Source: Octopus bimaculoides (lineage: Eukaryota). Taken from it: 64,000 bases of DNA. The stretch spans positions 114,708,026-114,772,025 of the forward strand of contig NC_068982.1 in the NCBI RefSeq assembly GCF_001194135.2. The letters are read 5' to 3'. Of this stretch, positions 38,421 to 52,097 are shown one piece after another (position 1 is the first letter of the stretch; every line of letters starts with the position of its first letter). The position numbers were made by a program, and so were the translations under genes. The notes beneath the pieces are model-generated. The model was not told the DNA's origin and ran no database searches. It was given only the letters and a program-made list of their open reading frames with translations.

Positions 38421-41400
38421 GAGACTGCGGAACTAAGTCATTAAATATGCTAACGTTGACTCAACTATTAAAAAAATTAGAATAAAATGGAGGTTGGAAC
38501 TTAATGAAGTTAGTTAATTTTAATTAATTATAAAAAAAATTAATACTTGTTTACTTCATCAAGTGGTGGAAACAATCATTATCTTAATTACTAATAGTGG
38601 TGGAAAAGAGCATGGGAGACAACCCCGAAATTTTGATTACACATTTACTCAGCTAAACAAATAATCATTTTTTCCGATGCCTTGTTGAATATTTATTCGA
38701 CTTCATTATCATCATCGTCGTCGTCGTCAACGTTTTAATATTTGTTTTGTTTTCTATACTGAAATTAGATGAAGAGGTTTGCAACACTCATCCCAATCAT
38801 TCATCAGCCCATTTGAGAAACCCGTCTTCCTATGGTATGACCTCAGAACGACTTCCTCATCCCTAACAGTACATACCCATTTCCAATTAGCATTCATCAA
38901 CCGTCCATATCATATGCTTATACCATTGCCGTCGTCACTCCATAATTATTTAAAGTTCAGAAACCGGGATGCGCGCCAACCCAGACTGTTTGGTTACTCG
39001 ATTTCTCGAGTTGGTTCCTGCGTGTCGTGTTCTCTTCTCTGAAAAGCCGGCTGGGTTAACGACTCGTATTATTGGTCGACTACATGGTCAAGGCGGATGA
39101 GGAAGATCTCGCAGAGATGGTGACTGACTGGGACAGTGCTTGGAGGGATGCTCAAGACGATCCGAGCAAATACCGAAAATGATGAATGCAGCGATTCACT
39201 GCAACGGCACATGCGCCCATACCTAACCTAACCAGCTATTCTTAATTCACCTGCATTCTTATATATATATAAGATGTTAGAGTCTGATTTGAGGAAGTTT
39301 TGATAACTGTTTCCAGTAGGTTAAGTTACTGAGTCGGTGCTATCTGCTTGGCTCTGCTAGATGAAAAACGTGTTGTTTTCAACGAGTATAACAGCTCTCT
39401 GAATTTTTAATCCTTCTTTTAACGGCTCTGAACTTCTACACTTTTCTGTTCAACCTAATACACTTTCACTACAACCATCCTACGTACAGGTTATGTCAAT
39501 TAGGTTACACAGCTTAATTTCATATGGGATTCTACTGCCAACTGCTCCGTACATGTGGCGCAACTGAAGTTCTAGTTCCTGGCTCCCTGATCAATCTGCT
39601 ACAGATCTCACTGCACTTTTTGTCTACCCATTGCTCGAACGGAGTACACAATATCAATTTCCCTGACTACGCTTCCTACATATATGAAAGTGGTATTCCG
39701 GCGTAAATAAAACAACCTAAAGAACTAAGGAGATACTATACACTGCTTCTCCTTTCCTAGATAACAATGAGATTTTCTCATCTACCAGATGAGTATATTC
39801 TGTAATCAGTTTTCAGCTTCTAACTACTACGAAACTCTTACATTATATATTTTTATATAAACGTCATATATTTCAACATAAACAGAATTTCATCTGTTTA
39901 ATTTAAACTTGGAACTAACACGCTTTCTCTCTAAATACAAATAAATTATACCTTTCCTCAATCAACGTTTGATGTAATCTGTTATGTGTGTATAAACATA
40001 TGATGTAATCTATTAAGTGTATATAAACATATCGTGTCTTGTTATGAAGAATGCCTCGTGTTAAAACCTATGTTAATGCGTGCATGTGAAAAGGAGCACA
40101 ACTGTTTTTATAACTAGACAAAATGCTAATAAGGTGATACGTCTAATTCAGAAAACCTATGGTAGATAAAACAGGCTTGGGGAAAATCTATGGAAACCTA
40201 AAAACACGCGTCTTCTTCCAGACTATGGTAGATTGTAAACAATCACCACAGCAACACAAAATATTATATGTTTGTAAATATATAAAAGATTCTACATATT
40301 ATGTAAGGTGAATTTTATAATTAATCTTTATCAATCCTTGTCAAATCATCTATACATTCTGCACATAACTAATTAAGATTCTATGCCAAATTCGGAAACG
40401 ACACAAGACCAATAGTGTTTACATACATGTAGAAGTCAGTTGCCGAACATATTTAAATATTTCTGTCAAAATCAGTTGGTAAGAGAATATGTATGGGCGG
40501 ACAACCGTTTTGAAATTTACGTTTCTACCCAAATTATTAAACTTGCGCCTATAGTTGTCTGCTAAAAATCCATCTCCTTGCCTTATTATTTTCTTATTTA
40601 CTTCCGTCCCATGGTCCGTCCTTAGATAGATTCATAAGTATATCAGTTTTCCTAAAAAACGGTTACTCACTCTTTGCCCAACTCTTCTCCATTTCTGTGG
40701 GAAAATGATACAGTGAGTAGTTGCGCACGCGCACATACACACACACACACACACATTGAATTATCAACTTAATTAGGGAAGACTACTCAAATATATATTA
40801 CAATATATGGTTAATTTAAACAATATTATTTCGCGGTTCGTGTTTCATGTCACAACGATCTTCAGGTGAGAACTGTTACAAGTCGGTGAGGTGGTTTATT
40901 TCTATTCGTTAAGTGAGAGTGGTTTTCCTCTGTTTGTGTCTGCTCATTGGTTTATTTTGCCCATTGCTTTTTTTTTTTTTATTCGTCCGTAGATTATCTT
41001 TTCTGGTCTTTCCATTGGTTATTGTTTTGTGGCCTTTCGTTGAATTTGTTACAGACGACGTGTATTTGAATTTCTGTATTTTGTTTTGTTCTTTTATTTT
41101 CATTTGTTGTTTATTTATTAATTTATCTTTTAATGTCTCTGCTCTTATAGCTACTGACAATGTTGCTGCTGCTGCTACTACTACTGCTACTATTGCTACT
41201 GCTTCGTCCATTTTGAGACAAATAGATATCATATCCTGTAGATTTCAATTAATAAACATTACAGAATCTGTTATGAAACTATTTCTGGCGCATTAAAGAA
41301 GTTCTGGTTCCACATCAGCAAGAGAACACATGTTGTGACTGTTCCTTTTTAGTTTTAGTGCTTTTACTCTGAAGAGAAGTACCTTTGATCCTTTACAGGG

Positions 41401-42379
41401 CCTCTGAGAGTGGTAAGAAAGGAGGAGGAAATTGTTCTCAAACTGGGGACCTGATCTGAATGCTAGCAACAGAGAGGACTCCATTAAAAGAAGCCCAAGG
41501 TACAAGGTGATAGTATTAATCTGGGCAATTAAGTCTAACACTCAAGGTGAAGTCTAACACTCAAGATTGTTGTTGTCGTTACTTTTGTCATTGCTGCTGG
41601 TAGTGTCTTTGTCATTGTTGTTGATTAACCCCATGACAACCGTGACTGAGTGGATGTATGATTGAAGACATTCCCATCATGATCATGAAATCTTTTTTGT
41701 ATATCAAACACTATATGGTCCAAAGTGCCCTTATCTGTGAAGACGAGTCCAATTCGAAGGTTACAACAAAAACAATTTCCTCATTGATTCAGTCAAATCA
41801 CTCAGAGATTCACAATATATGTATATTGCTACACTAGCACTGTAAATATACTTTGGAATATTGTCTTATTCCAAGTGGAATCCTTCAAGTATTTATGTTT
41901 TATTTTGGAACCTGCTTAATAAAGTTTAGTCACTCTTTCTTCAGAACAATTTTATATATTTTCATGAACACCAAGATAATTGTACACCCATGTATTTGTG
42001 AATGTTCATTTATATAAGTCTATAGATATGTAGAGAGGAGAAATAATGTAAAATTCCCCACATGGTACTCCAATAAATAAAGGTACATGTTTGAAAGGTA
42101 TCTCTAAATAAATATCAGTTCAAATACCATCCGTCAAGGAAAAGATTTTGTTGTGATATTCATGTACTGCCCATAGTTGTTAGAATTAGTGAAATAGTTC
42201 TATTTAAAGTCAAACGTTGATCAAAGACTGAGTAAACTCAGAACTTAGCACCTCCCCCTTCATACATAGAGAATTTATGAATATGAGAAAACATGCCAAG
42301 CTAAGTGAACTTGTAATAGCCTTTGCATACAGACATGTCCCCTGCATCTGTCTTCAGCTGAGTGATCCTAACCTTGTGG

Positions 42380-42610
42380 GATTGTGATTGCTGGTGCCAC
42401 ATAAAAAGCACCCATGGCAGTGCCATGTAAATGCACACATGCAAGTACTGTGTAAGAGCACCCAGACATTGTGTAAAAGAAGGGCATCCAGCTGTAAAAA
42501 CCATGCCAAAACAGACATGGAGCCCAGGCAGCTCTTCAGCTGGCCAACTCCTGTGAAACTGTCCAACCCATGCCAGCATGAAGAACAAAAGTTAGATGAT
42601 GATGATGATG
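42380..42610 (+). mobile_element. RTE 3'-tail / RTE-dependent SINE family C
   Basis: ...AAGGGCATCCAGCTGTAAAAACC...TGTCCAACCCATGCCAGCATG...(GAT)n tail. Same as the 3' end of the RTE at 60690-61100. Confidence 0.7.
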
Positions 42611-43214
42611 ATGATGAGGAGGAGGAGGAGGAGGAGGAGGAGGAAAATATATGTAGCCTATATAGTAAATACATAAATAGGGCAAATTTAATTATTTCTC
42701 TATATATTAAAAAAAATAATGATTTTTTTTAACCCATGATGAGGAATATTGAATGTAGAAAATGCATGAGAAAGAGTGAGTCCACTCCAAGACTGCCCAA
42801 GCTGACAGCAGCATGATAAATAGTGTGATTAAGGAAATGAAGGTAGGGAAAATAACTGGTCCATCAAGGATAGTTGTTGTAACATTCAAAATATAAAGAA
42901 AGATAGTTGAATTTGCCCTGTTCATACATCTAATACATAGGTTACACACACACACACACATAAATTCTTTACATGAAATACATCTTTATGCCACCCACCA
43001 AATAGGGCGGGGTTGACTTTTAAATGAGATTGACTTTTATTCTAGTATATATATAGTTAGTTGATGTGTGTGTATTTCTGCATGAAAGAGTACCCAATGA
43101 ACTTCTTGAGTTGTGTATTCAATATGCTATGTGCATTTTGTTAGGCATTTGATGAACACGTTTTGAGCAGTGACAGAGTAAATCATCAGCTTTGAATGAA
43201 CCATTTGAGCATGG

Positions 43215-43440
43215 TCGATGCCAGTACCACCTGACTGGCCCTCATGCCGGTGACACGTAAAAGCACCCACTACACTCTCGGAGTGGTTGGCATTAGGAAG
43301 GGCATCCAGCTGTAAAAATTTTGCCAGATCAGATTGGAGCCTGGTGCAGCCTTCTGGCTCGCCAGCCCCCAATCAAACCGTCCAACCCATGCCAGCATGG
43401 AAAGGGGACGTTAAAGGACGATGATGATGATGATGATGAT
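43215..43440 (+). mobile_element. RTE 3'-tail / family C
   Basis: CACGTAAAAGCACCCACTACACTCTCGGAGTGGTTGGCATTAGGAAGGGCATCCAGCTG...CCATGCCAGCATGG...(GAT)n. Confidence 0.75.
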
Positions 43441-46400
43441 ATATGCACGTACACACACACACACTTATATATACACACACTTACACACACATGAGTAATT
43501 GTGAAGTAAACTTCTTCATGCTGCATCCGCTTTATGCAGCACAGCCGTATGCTTAAGAAGTTTGCTTTGCAATCACAAGATCTCTAGTTCAAATCAAATG
43601 CAAAGGTTGACACAAGCCCCTTGTGACTATACAGAAGCCCATCAGATAGACAGTAGTTATCATTCAAAGATCTAGCCTTCTCATGCATTTTGTCATGCTG
43701 ATTCTGTCTGAGAATTATGTTAAGGATACACATCTGTGAAAGGTTCAGTCCTTACATGCTAATTCAGCAAACAGGAGATTCAGTTGATCCAACAATTGAA
43801 TACTTAGTGTCAAAACCAACAGAGAGCAATTTACTTATATATATATATATATACAAACATATAATGGGTTTTCACAGTTTCCACCTATTAGATTTCACTC
43901 TCAAAATTTTGGTCAACCTAAGATTATTAGAGAAGACACTTCCCCACTGTGCTATGTCATGTCATCAAATCTGGTACAATGTGGATGTGAAATGAACCCC
44001 TTATCTATACAATTTTCTTGGGTGAGCTGGGAATCAGAACCTTTGTTTCAAACATGATGTTTCAAGTTTTATAAGCACTACAAAATTATTATTGAGCAAT
44101 AAAAAGTTTCTGTTGCAAATTCAACAGAGGAAAAATGCATATAAACAGGTGTACAAAAGAAAATAATCAAAAGATAAGCATGAAAACATGAAATCAAATT
44201 AATACAATACTCCTTCCAAATTATCTTTGTATTTCATAACTATTTTCAGAAGTTTAATCATATCAGTACTTATTCAGTATTAAGAAATCTTGTATAAAAT
44301 TTAGAGAAAAAAAAACAATGATATTGAAAAAAAAAAGCGCTATGTTATTTTGACAAAAAAAAAAGTTACAAGAAAATATATATTAATTTTTTTCAGTCAT
44401 TGTTCCTCAGTATTCCTAGAATCACTATGTTAGTGTGGCATGCTGACTATAAAGAATAAATACAAGGGAAGTAACTGGCCAAAATGAAAGCTAAGTTCTA
44501 TGAGACAAGGGAAATAATGAGAGCAAACGCTATAACTATCAATATGAATATTTAAACACATTTTATGAATTCAGATAAGTGCAGTGAAAGTTTATTTTAA
44601 TGTATCACACAATACTCAGATATTTGAGTGCAGTAAACCATGAAAAACAAGGAAAAAATGTATGTGTGGATTCATTTCTCACATGTAGTAAATTAACAGG
44701 TAAGCAATGAATTAACAGATTTTTTAGTGCACTGAATGGAATGCCTTGCAGTATTTGTTTCAGCTCTCTGCTCTGTGGGTTCAACTTTGGCATTAATCCC
44801 AATCAGGATTTCAGTAAATAAATTACAGTTTAGGACAGTAGATTGGTAGAATATCAGAAAAGATAATTTGCAGTATCTCATCTGGCTGTTTGCATTTTGA
44901 ATTCAAATTCCACAGACAATGACAAGGACTAAATTACCTACCAAAAGGACCATAATAGATTATGAAAGCTGCATGAGGTTGAAGAGTGTTGTGATCATCT
45001 GCTACCACAGTCAACAATGATGATTCTCACATTCACACAGTATTATAAGCAATATATATATTTCCTAAGACATAAGGTCAATCTTTAAATGGGCAAGTAT
45101 AGGATTGTTCCAATTAACCATGTTATTAGTGTGTGAACCCAGAACAATGAAGCATTCTGTCTTGTTGGGATACACCAGCCATCTCCACAATATTTTGGTA
45201 TTGTTCACAAAGTGTGATGCAATAATATATAATTACTGAACCACTGCCATTTTTTTCCACGTCATAAAGGATATGAACAAAAACTAGACACAGGAAGAAA
45301 TAGCATTGTGATGTGGGGTGGCTGGTGAATGAAAACAAAACTGTTTAATTGTTCTGAGTTCAAATCTCATTAGGTATGGGATTACTTGTCGATTACTTGT
45401 TGACAGCTACAGGCCTGGCTATGTGGTTAAGAAATTCATTTTAGAATTATGTGATTTTGAATTCAGTCCCACTGTGAAGCACCTTGGGCAAGTGTCTTCT
45501 GCTGTAATCCTGGACCAACAAGGTCTTGTCATTGGATTTGGCAGACATGCACTGTGAGGACACCTGTAGTGTGTGTGTGTGTGTGTGTGTGTATATTTAT
45601 ATATATATATAAACTTAATATATATTATATGTAAACTTAATATTACTAAACGTTGAAAGGAGTACAGCTAAGTATTCTGATGTAGATTCATACATATCTC
45701 TTTTTTTTCCAGAATAAATTGAGTTATGATGGAGCAATGAATAAAATAAATCTATGTGCCACAAAAACATGAGTTATGAGGTCTCCAGCAAGGTTGGTGG
45801 GAGGTAAGAAGGAAGTAATCCTCAGACAAGAACCCGAGGATCAGGTGATGGTGTTAAATCAGGTGCTGGATTAAATCTACCACTCAACTGAGAAGCATGT
45901 TGGAAGTTTGCAGATGAAGAACCCCTCAATATTATTCACAGCCTTTCAACACTTTTCATCACATTGTACATGAACCCTGCACAAACTCATCTTCTCCTCT
46001 TGGTACATGAATCTTAACATATTTCATATTTTTAAGTGACACAGACTTTTAATCCTAATTCAACAAAGTCTGTGATATGGAATCAAAAACTTTACATTAC
46101 TCTTTTTTTTAGCTTCAATGCTGGCAACAGAGTGGATTCACTAAAAGGTACCTGTGAGGTAACTGATGATGTTTAACAAGGTTTCAGTTAGGTTTTTATC
46201 TTCAACCCAACATTTGGAATGGTTCCTCTGACAGATTTTCACAGTTTCCATTTATCTAATTTTTCTCACAAGGCTCTGCTTGACCAAAGGCTACAACTAA
46301 AAGACACATACATGCTCAAGACGCATACCCAGTATGTAATTTGTGAATTATGATTTAATCACACACCATGATAGGTACAAGCATAGTTACGTGGTAAGAA

Positions 46401-46849
46401 ATTTGCATAGTTTTCTTTCTTTTTTTTTTCTTTTAAAGAATCAGAAGGATACAAAGAGACTTTCATGTGATGTTCTTCAATGAGGTACACAGCTGTTTGG
46501 TACTGTATTCAAATCTGACAACAAAAACAAAGGGTTCTACTTCTACTTTATCATTGCATGAAGGACGTCCAGCAGTAAAGAACTACTACTTGAAAAAATA
46601 TCACTGCTATGCATAACATACCAGCTTCAAGAGATCTGAAAACCTGTCCCCAAATTCACTCCCTTACAGTTACATGAGCAAGCTGGCCTTAACAAAGAGT
46701 CTGAGGATGAGGTGGTTTCCTTGGTCTTGTTTCTTTAGTTAACTTGTAGTGACATACTAATGTTAAAAAAGGAGAAAAAATAATACAAAAGCACCCAAAG
46801 TTGGAAATACATTATCCAGATACTATAAATTAAAGTATATTATGCTGCA

Positions 46850-47235
46850 GGAATGGCTGTGTGGTAAGTAGCTTGCTTACCAATCACATGTTCCCAAGTT
46901 CAGTCCCACTGTGTGGCACCTTGGGCAAGTGTCTTCTACTATAACTTCAGGCTGACCAACGCCTTGTGAGTGGAATTGGTAGATGGAAACTGAAAGAAGC
47001 CCGTTGTATATGTATATATATATGTATGTGTGTGCATATGTTTGTGTGTTTGTGTTTATCCCCACAACATCACTTCACTACTGATGCTGGTGTGTTTACG
47101 TTCCTGTAATTTAGCAGTTTGACAAAAGAGCCTGGTAGAATAAATATTAGGCTTACAAAGAGTAAGTCCTGGGGTCGATTTGCTTGACTGCATGGCTGCA
47201 ATCAAATGACTAAAACAAGTAAAAGAATAAAAGAA
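46850..47235 (+). mobile_element. SINE family B, CpG-decayed
   Basis: Homologous to 27745-28150, with several CG replaced by TG/CA. Confidence 0.75.
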
Positions 47236-48166
47236 TATTGTTGAGCAGCAGGTCAGCTTGATTGATCAGACCTATGATCAAAGGTTTCCATCCAGGACCA
47301 TCAGGTATGTTTTTTTAAGACAGTGTATCTAGAAATGCATTATCCAATGTGTCCTTCCTTGGAGAGACAATAGGAAGGTGTATGATTTGATGCCAAAACA
47401 GACAATTGGAGCCTGGTGCTACTCACCAGCTGGCCAGCTCCTGTCAAACCGTCCAACCCATGCCAGCATGGAAAATAGATTTTAAATGATAATGATGATA
47501 ATGATGTATAATGACCTGTAGAGATATATTTGTACTGAGAAATAATAAATCTTTAATTTTACAAATTCATAGTTATGCAACTTGTATTAAATTACTGTTT
47601 TGAATCTTAAGGATTAAACTAGGTGAGGGTGTTAATGAGTTTCTATAGACTTCACATAACAGGTCCTTTAAATTTGAATGTTGACAGGATTTTGCTTTCA
47701 ATTAAGAGGCTCTCACATAGAAACTTGACATAGAAACTTGACATAGAAACTCCATTGTTGGTTCAAAGTAAATATTAATCAGACTATTAACTTCATTTTT
47801 TCAGGTGGTACCACAATATTTTTGACATGCACACTTCTTTCAATTCATATTTCATCCACACTCTTTCACATAATTCAAAGTCTCTTATTGAAAGTAAATG
47901 TCAAAGCATTAAATATAATATTAACCAAAAACCCCAATGAAAATACTCAAGCATAAATTTAAAACCTACTATGACTGCAATGTGATGATTCCTCAACACA
48001 AAATATAAAGTGTGGCACCTGAAGATGATCAGAAAATATGCCAACCAACAGGTAAACAAATACTGAAAAAATTGTTATGAATAGTCTGATTATGAATCTT
48101 TAAAATGTAGAAATATAAATTAAATTTAAAAAATGACATTAAGAAACACAGAAATGTGTAACAAAT

Positions 48167-48172
48167 TTTATT
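48167..48172 (-). promoter_or_regulatory. candidate SELENOF polyadenylation signal
   Basis: Minus-strand AATAAA followed by a T/GT-rich tract (TTTCTGTGTTTCTT), about 400 nt after the stop and downstream of the SECIS. Confidence 0.55.
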
Positions 48173-48349
48173 AATAATCCATGTGACCAGAAATAAATAT
48201 AAGAAAATTACATATCATGAAATACTATTAAAAAAAGAAAATTCATGATAAAAATAAATGGAATATTATATTCTTATTTAGTACCCACAATGATGGATTT
48301 AAGAGAGAAAAGATATAAAAATAGGCAGCTCTGAAATTCAAGTAATTGC

Positions 48350-48416
48350 TTTCTCATTTTGTATCCAACCTTACAACCTTAAATTAAGTTTTTAGTAAGA
48401 TTTTCATAGAGAGAAA
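48350..48416 (-). promoter_or_regulatory. SECIS element (type II-like) in the SELENOF 3' UTR
   Basis: Minus strand TTTCTC-TCT-ATGA-A-AATCTTAC-T-AAAAA-CTTA-ATT-TAAG-GTT-GTAAGGTT-GGAT-ACAAAAT-GAGAAA. Helix I is TTTCTC/GAGAAA, the core is ATGAA/GGAT, helix II is AATCTTAC/GTAAGGTT, with apical A run and mini-stem. Confidence 0.75.
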
Positions 48417-48576
48417 TCATTTACTAAAATGCTAATATTTTACGACCAGACCAGCCAACTGTAACATTAAGTATATGTGGTAGATGGTAAACTTTGAGAT
48501 TACCAAACTAGTCAGCAATATTAGCTACTTTGAATAGCAGAGCTGGTGAATAGATGCTTTGTGTTTTTTTGCATTT

Positions 48577-48755
48577 TTACTTCATTAAACGTTCATGAAA
48601 GAAGGCCTCCACAGAATCAGTGTTCCACTTCTCAATTCCTAGGGTTTCGACTATTTCTCTGTTCTCATTTAACAAATGGATAGTCGGATCAGCACCACGT
48701 GTGTACTTAATTTTAAGACCTGGAAATTGTTGTGTACGAGCGCTTTTCACAAAAG
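48577..48755 (-). CDS. SELENOF: selenoprotein F (Sep15), last coding exon
   Basis: Acceptor TTTGTCATTTCAG, phase 1. Reads (A)FVKSARTQQFPGLKIKYTRGADPTIHLLNENREIVETLGIEKWNTDSVEAFFHERLMK*, matching vertebrate AFVRSDKPKLFRGLQIKYVRGSDPVLKLLDD...LSILKWNTDSVEEFLSEKL. Confidence 0.95.
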
Positions 48756-49557
48756 CTGAAATGACAAATGAAATGATTCAGTAATTTTGTTAAGAAAATT
48801 AAACCAGACTTCTGTAATTCATTAGTTCTTAAAGTAATTATAAGTTAATTCACACAGTTATTCATCCTCATAAAATATTGTAACATTGCTTTTTAAGAGA
48901 CTGAGTTACAAAATTATATAATAAATATATATATATATATATATATATANNNNNNNNNNNNNNNNNNNNNNNNNNNNNNNNNNNNNNNNNNNNNNNNNNN
49001 NNNNNNNNNNNNNNNNNNNNNNNNNNNNNNNNNNNNNNNNNNNNNNNNNNNNNNNNNNNNNNNNNNNNNNNNNNNNNNNNNNNNNNNNNNNNNNNNNNNN
49101 NNNNNNNNNNNNNNNNNNNNNNNNNNNNNNNNNNNNNNNNNNNNNNNNNNNNNNNNNNNNNNNNNNNNNNNNNNNNNNNNNNNNNNNNNNNNNNNNNNNN
49201 NNNNNNNNNNNNNATATATATATATATATACCTAATATGAAATCTACATAAAGATACCATTACTGTTCTTATAAATAAGTTTAATTAATCTATAAGCTTA
49301 AATATTTAACATCATCTTATAGAAGATTTTAACATAAACAACTTTATAGATTATTTAGATGATTTCTTATTTAAAGAGTCTGTAATTAAATATCTTCAAC
49401 ATGGATGGAGTAATACATTCCATTAATGGAAGTTTTTGGTGATAAAATCAAATAAACAGACTAAAATGTTAAGTGTAAACAGCCAGAGTAGCTAATGCAA
49501 CAACACTCTATAAAAAATTCCTCCAGAACAACAAGGAAATTCTTGAGTTTGACTTAC

Positions 49558-49621
49558 CTTGAACCTGTGGATACCTTCCTAATTTTCATCCGCATACAAT
49601 TAGTTCAGCATAGGGATACAT
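49558..49621 (-). CDS. SELENOF: selenoprotein F (Sep15), Sec-containing exon (64 nt)
   Basis: Acceptor TTTTGTTATATTTCAAAG, donor AAG|GTAAGT. Reads MYPYAELIVCG-TGA-KLGRYPQVQ, the CxU motif of Sep15 (human LYAGAILEVCGUKLGRFPQVQ). Splices in frame to 48755. Confidence 0.95.
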
Positions 49622-49876
49622 CTTTGAAATATAACAAAAACATAACAAAACTTTTAAGTAAAGATAATATCAAAAATATTTGATACAGGTTAAATTTATT
49701 TAATCAACAGCTATATACAGATTAAGTTCCAACAAAAATGGAGGCTTAAACATATCTAAGTGACATTTATGTTTTTTGATATCCATAATAAAAACCAAGC
49801 AAATATCAATGGATAACTTCTCTGCAACTAACAGAGTACTACATAAAAGTTGCTGTAACAGACTGAATAACATATT

Positions 49877-49931
<55 letters not shown>

Positions 49932-50906
49932 ATGCATCTCCATTACTACCATAGGCAGTAATGGAGATAAACACAGGTAAGCCTGATATAAATATATTTA
50001 CATGTAGCACAAAATAAATACAGAATAAGGTAAGGTAATATGTAATTTCATAACTCAACAGTTGTTTCAGGAAACCTAGATTTACATGATAATCATGATA
50101 ATCATAAATTGCAGATGAAATGCACAAAAAGTCATGGGTATGTAACCTGTAACTAGTCACATGAAGAAATTACAATAAGTCCAGTTCTCCTCATCAAGAG
50201 AAGATGTAACCCATGCCAGATGGAAAAGTGAACACAAATTGCTGCTGCTGCTGGTGGCCATCAATTTTGCATTGTATGCATGTATGTATAGACAGGCAGT
50301 CACATTCCTAGATATCACAGAATGAGTGGTATATTCTATAATCATCAATATCAAAGTTTTATATCCACTTTACCATCAGGCTCAAGTTGGGCAGTTTTAC
50401 TCAAGTAGTGTTTTAGAGTCAGATACCACTCTTGATGCAACCCTTTTCATCACTTCTTACAGTATATAGGAATGTGATATGTCTATTCTAAAACAAGCAT
50501 AACACACTGTAACTGAAAATTCTATAAAATTGAATTAATTGTTGATTATCTCAAAAAACTTATTGATTTGAGAAGCTACAGACAATGCTAGAGAACTCTA
50601 GCTCTGTATCATATATGTTTAATGCTGTCAGATACCAATACATGTCTGATGTTGAATACTTGTACACTTTGATGCTAAAAACTACTTTTAATGTTAGATA
50701 TTACATAACTATACATACATTTGATATTAAACATCTGAACACTTTGATGTTATTTAATAACTACCATTATCGTCATTGTTTCACATCTGTTTTCCATGCT
50801 GGCATGAGTTGGACTAACAATATTTGATGCTAAATACCTGTACACTGTATTTGAAGTTAGAAAAACCTTTACCCTTTCACGTTAAATACTAATATATATA
50901 CATATA

Positions 50907-52097
50907 CAGTGTGTCCCAAAAAATGTATACACACTTTATTCCTTTTCAGATTTACCCCATTTGAAATAATGATGGAAACTAAACTAAGCTTTGAACAAAG
51001 GAAATTTATCCAAAAGTGTTTCTGGAAGTTGAAAAACACAGTCCAAGTACAAAAATGGTTTAGGTGGGAATTTCAAACAGATCTGCCGAAGTAGCTTACC
51101 ACTAATTGAATTACAGATAGATTTGAAACAGATGGAACTATTTAGAATGTCCACAAGAAACATTCCAGAAGACCATGGATATTAATGAGCCTGACAAAGC
51201 AAGAAAGGGTACTAGAAACATACTGCCAGAGTTCAAGAAAATCTGTGTGGCAAGTGAGTTGTGAGATAGGAACTGTACCTTGAAATACAGTCATTGGAAA
51301 AGTGACATTCCAAGAATAATCTAAGATCTCAATGAAAATGGTCCAAATCAAAGACAGTTGTTTTGCAAGTTGTATTTGGCAAGATGTGTAGACGATGCAC
51401 ATTTTCCAACAAAGACTGTTTGGAGTGATGAGGCTACATACAAATTAAATGGCTTGATTAACTGCCACAGTTGTACCTATTGGGGACCCAAGGAACCACA
51501 TACTAAGGAGGAACATCATGTAAATTTACCAGTAGTTACATAATAGTGATGCTTATCATTAAAAGGATTAATTGGCCCATTCTTTTTGGTGGCACTGTGA
51601 CTGAATATCATGCCAAGTCTTCAAGAGGACTTAGAAGATGTGGAGTTTTATTTTGAATAAGACAGGATACACCAACACTACAATTGTAATGTAAGGGCTT
51701 ATCGTGATGAGGCTTTGCTAAACAGGTGGATCAGACAAAGCAATTCAGATGAATACCCGCCACAGTTGCCAGACCTCACATCACTAGACTTTTTTCTATG
51801 GGGATACTTAGATGATAAAATTTATTGTACAAAACTAGCAACACTCAATGAACTGAAGACAGCCACTGAATGAGAATGCACATAAATACCAAACAAAATG
51901 TTTCTTGATATTTGCAATTCCATTGTTTCATGTTACCAGCAGTGCCTGGACCAGAATGGACATCACTTTGAAAACAGGTGATCATAAAAAAAAAATTCTG
52001 TTTGTAGATTCTATTAAATTTTGAAACTGAACTCTATTTTAATAAGCACTGACTTTTATATCATTCTATGTGTATACATTTTTGAGGGGATACCCTG
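50907..52097 (+). mobile_element. defective IS630-Tc1-mariner element, DD41D (rosa-like)
   Basis: TA flanks (50905-06, 52098-99). TIRs CAGTGTGTCCCAAAAAATGTATACACA / CAGGGTATCCCCTCAAAAATGTATACACA. Motifs [12 protein letters not shown] and PDLTSLDFFLWGYL. 41 codons lie between the Asp at 51661 and the Asp at 51787. Stops and frameshifts elsewhere. Confidence 0.85.

Noticed and set aside
38950-39230. CpG-rich segment as a host exon
   Set aside because: Stops in all frames. The GRLHGQGG*GRSRR stretch looks more like a decayed RTE C-terminus, but the match is too weak to list as a feature.
44600-46720. Several plus-strand splice-like sites (44700 donor, 45710 acceptor/45803 donor, 46110 acceptor)
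   Set aside because: They could not be chained into a coherent ORF or a recognisable protein. Such sites are frequent by chance in AT-rich DNA.
47761-47800. Second ATGA...TGAA hairpin as an alternative SECIS
   Set aside because: The pairing consumes the core A, the stem is too short, there is no apical AA, and it lies beyond the AATAAA.
48756-49680. SELENOF introns as U12-type (because U4atac is adjacent)
   Set aside because: The donor is GTAAGT, the acceptors have ordinary pyrimidine tracts, and there is no RTATCCTT donor or TCCTTAAC branch site. They are U2-type.
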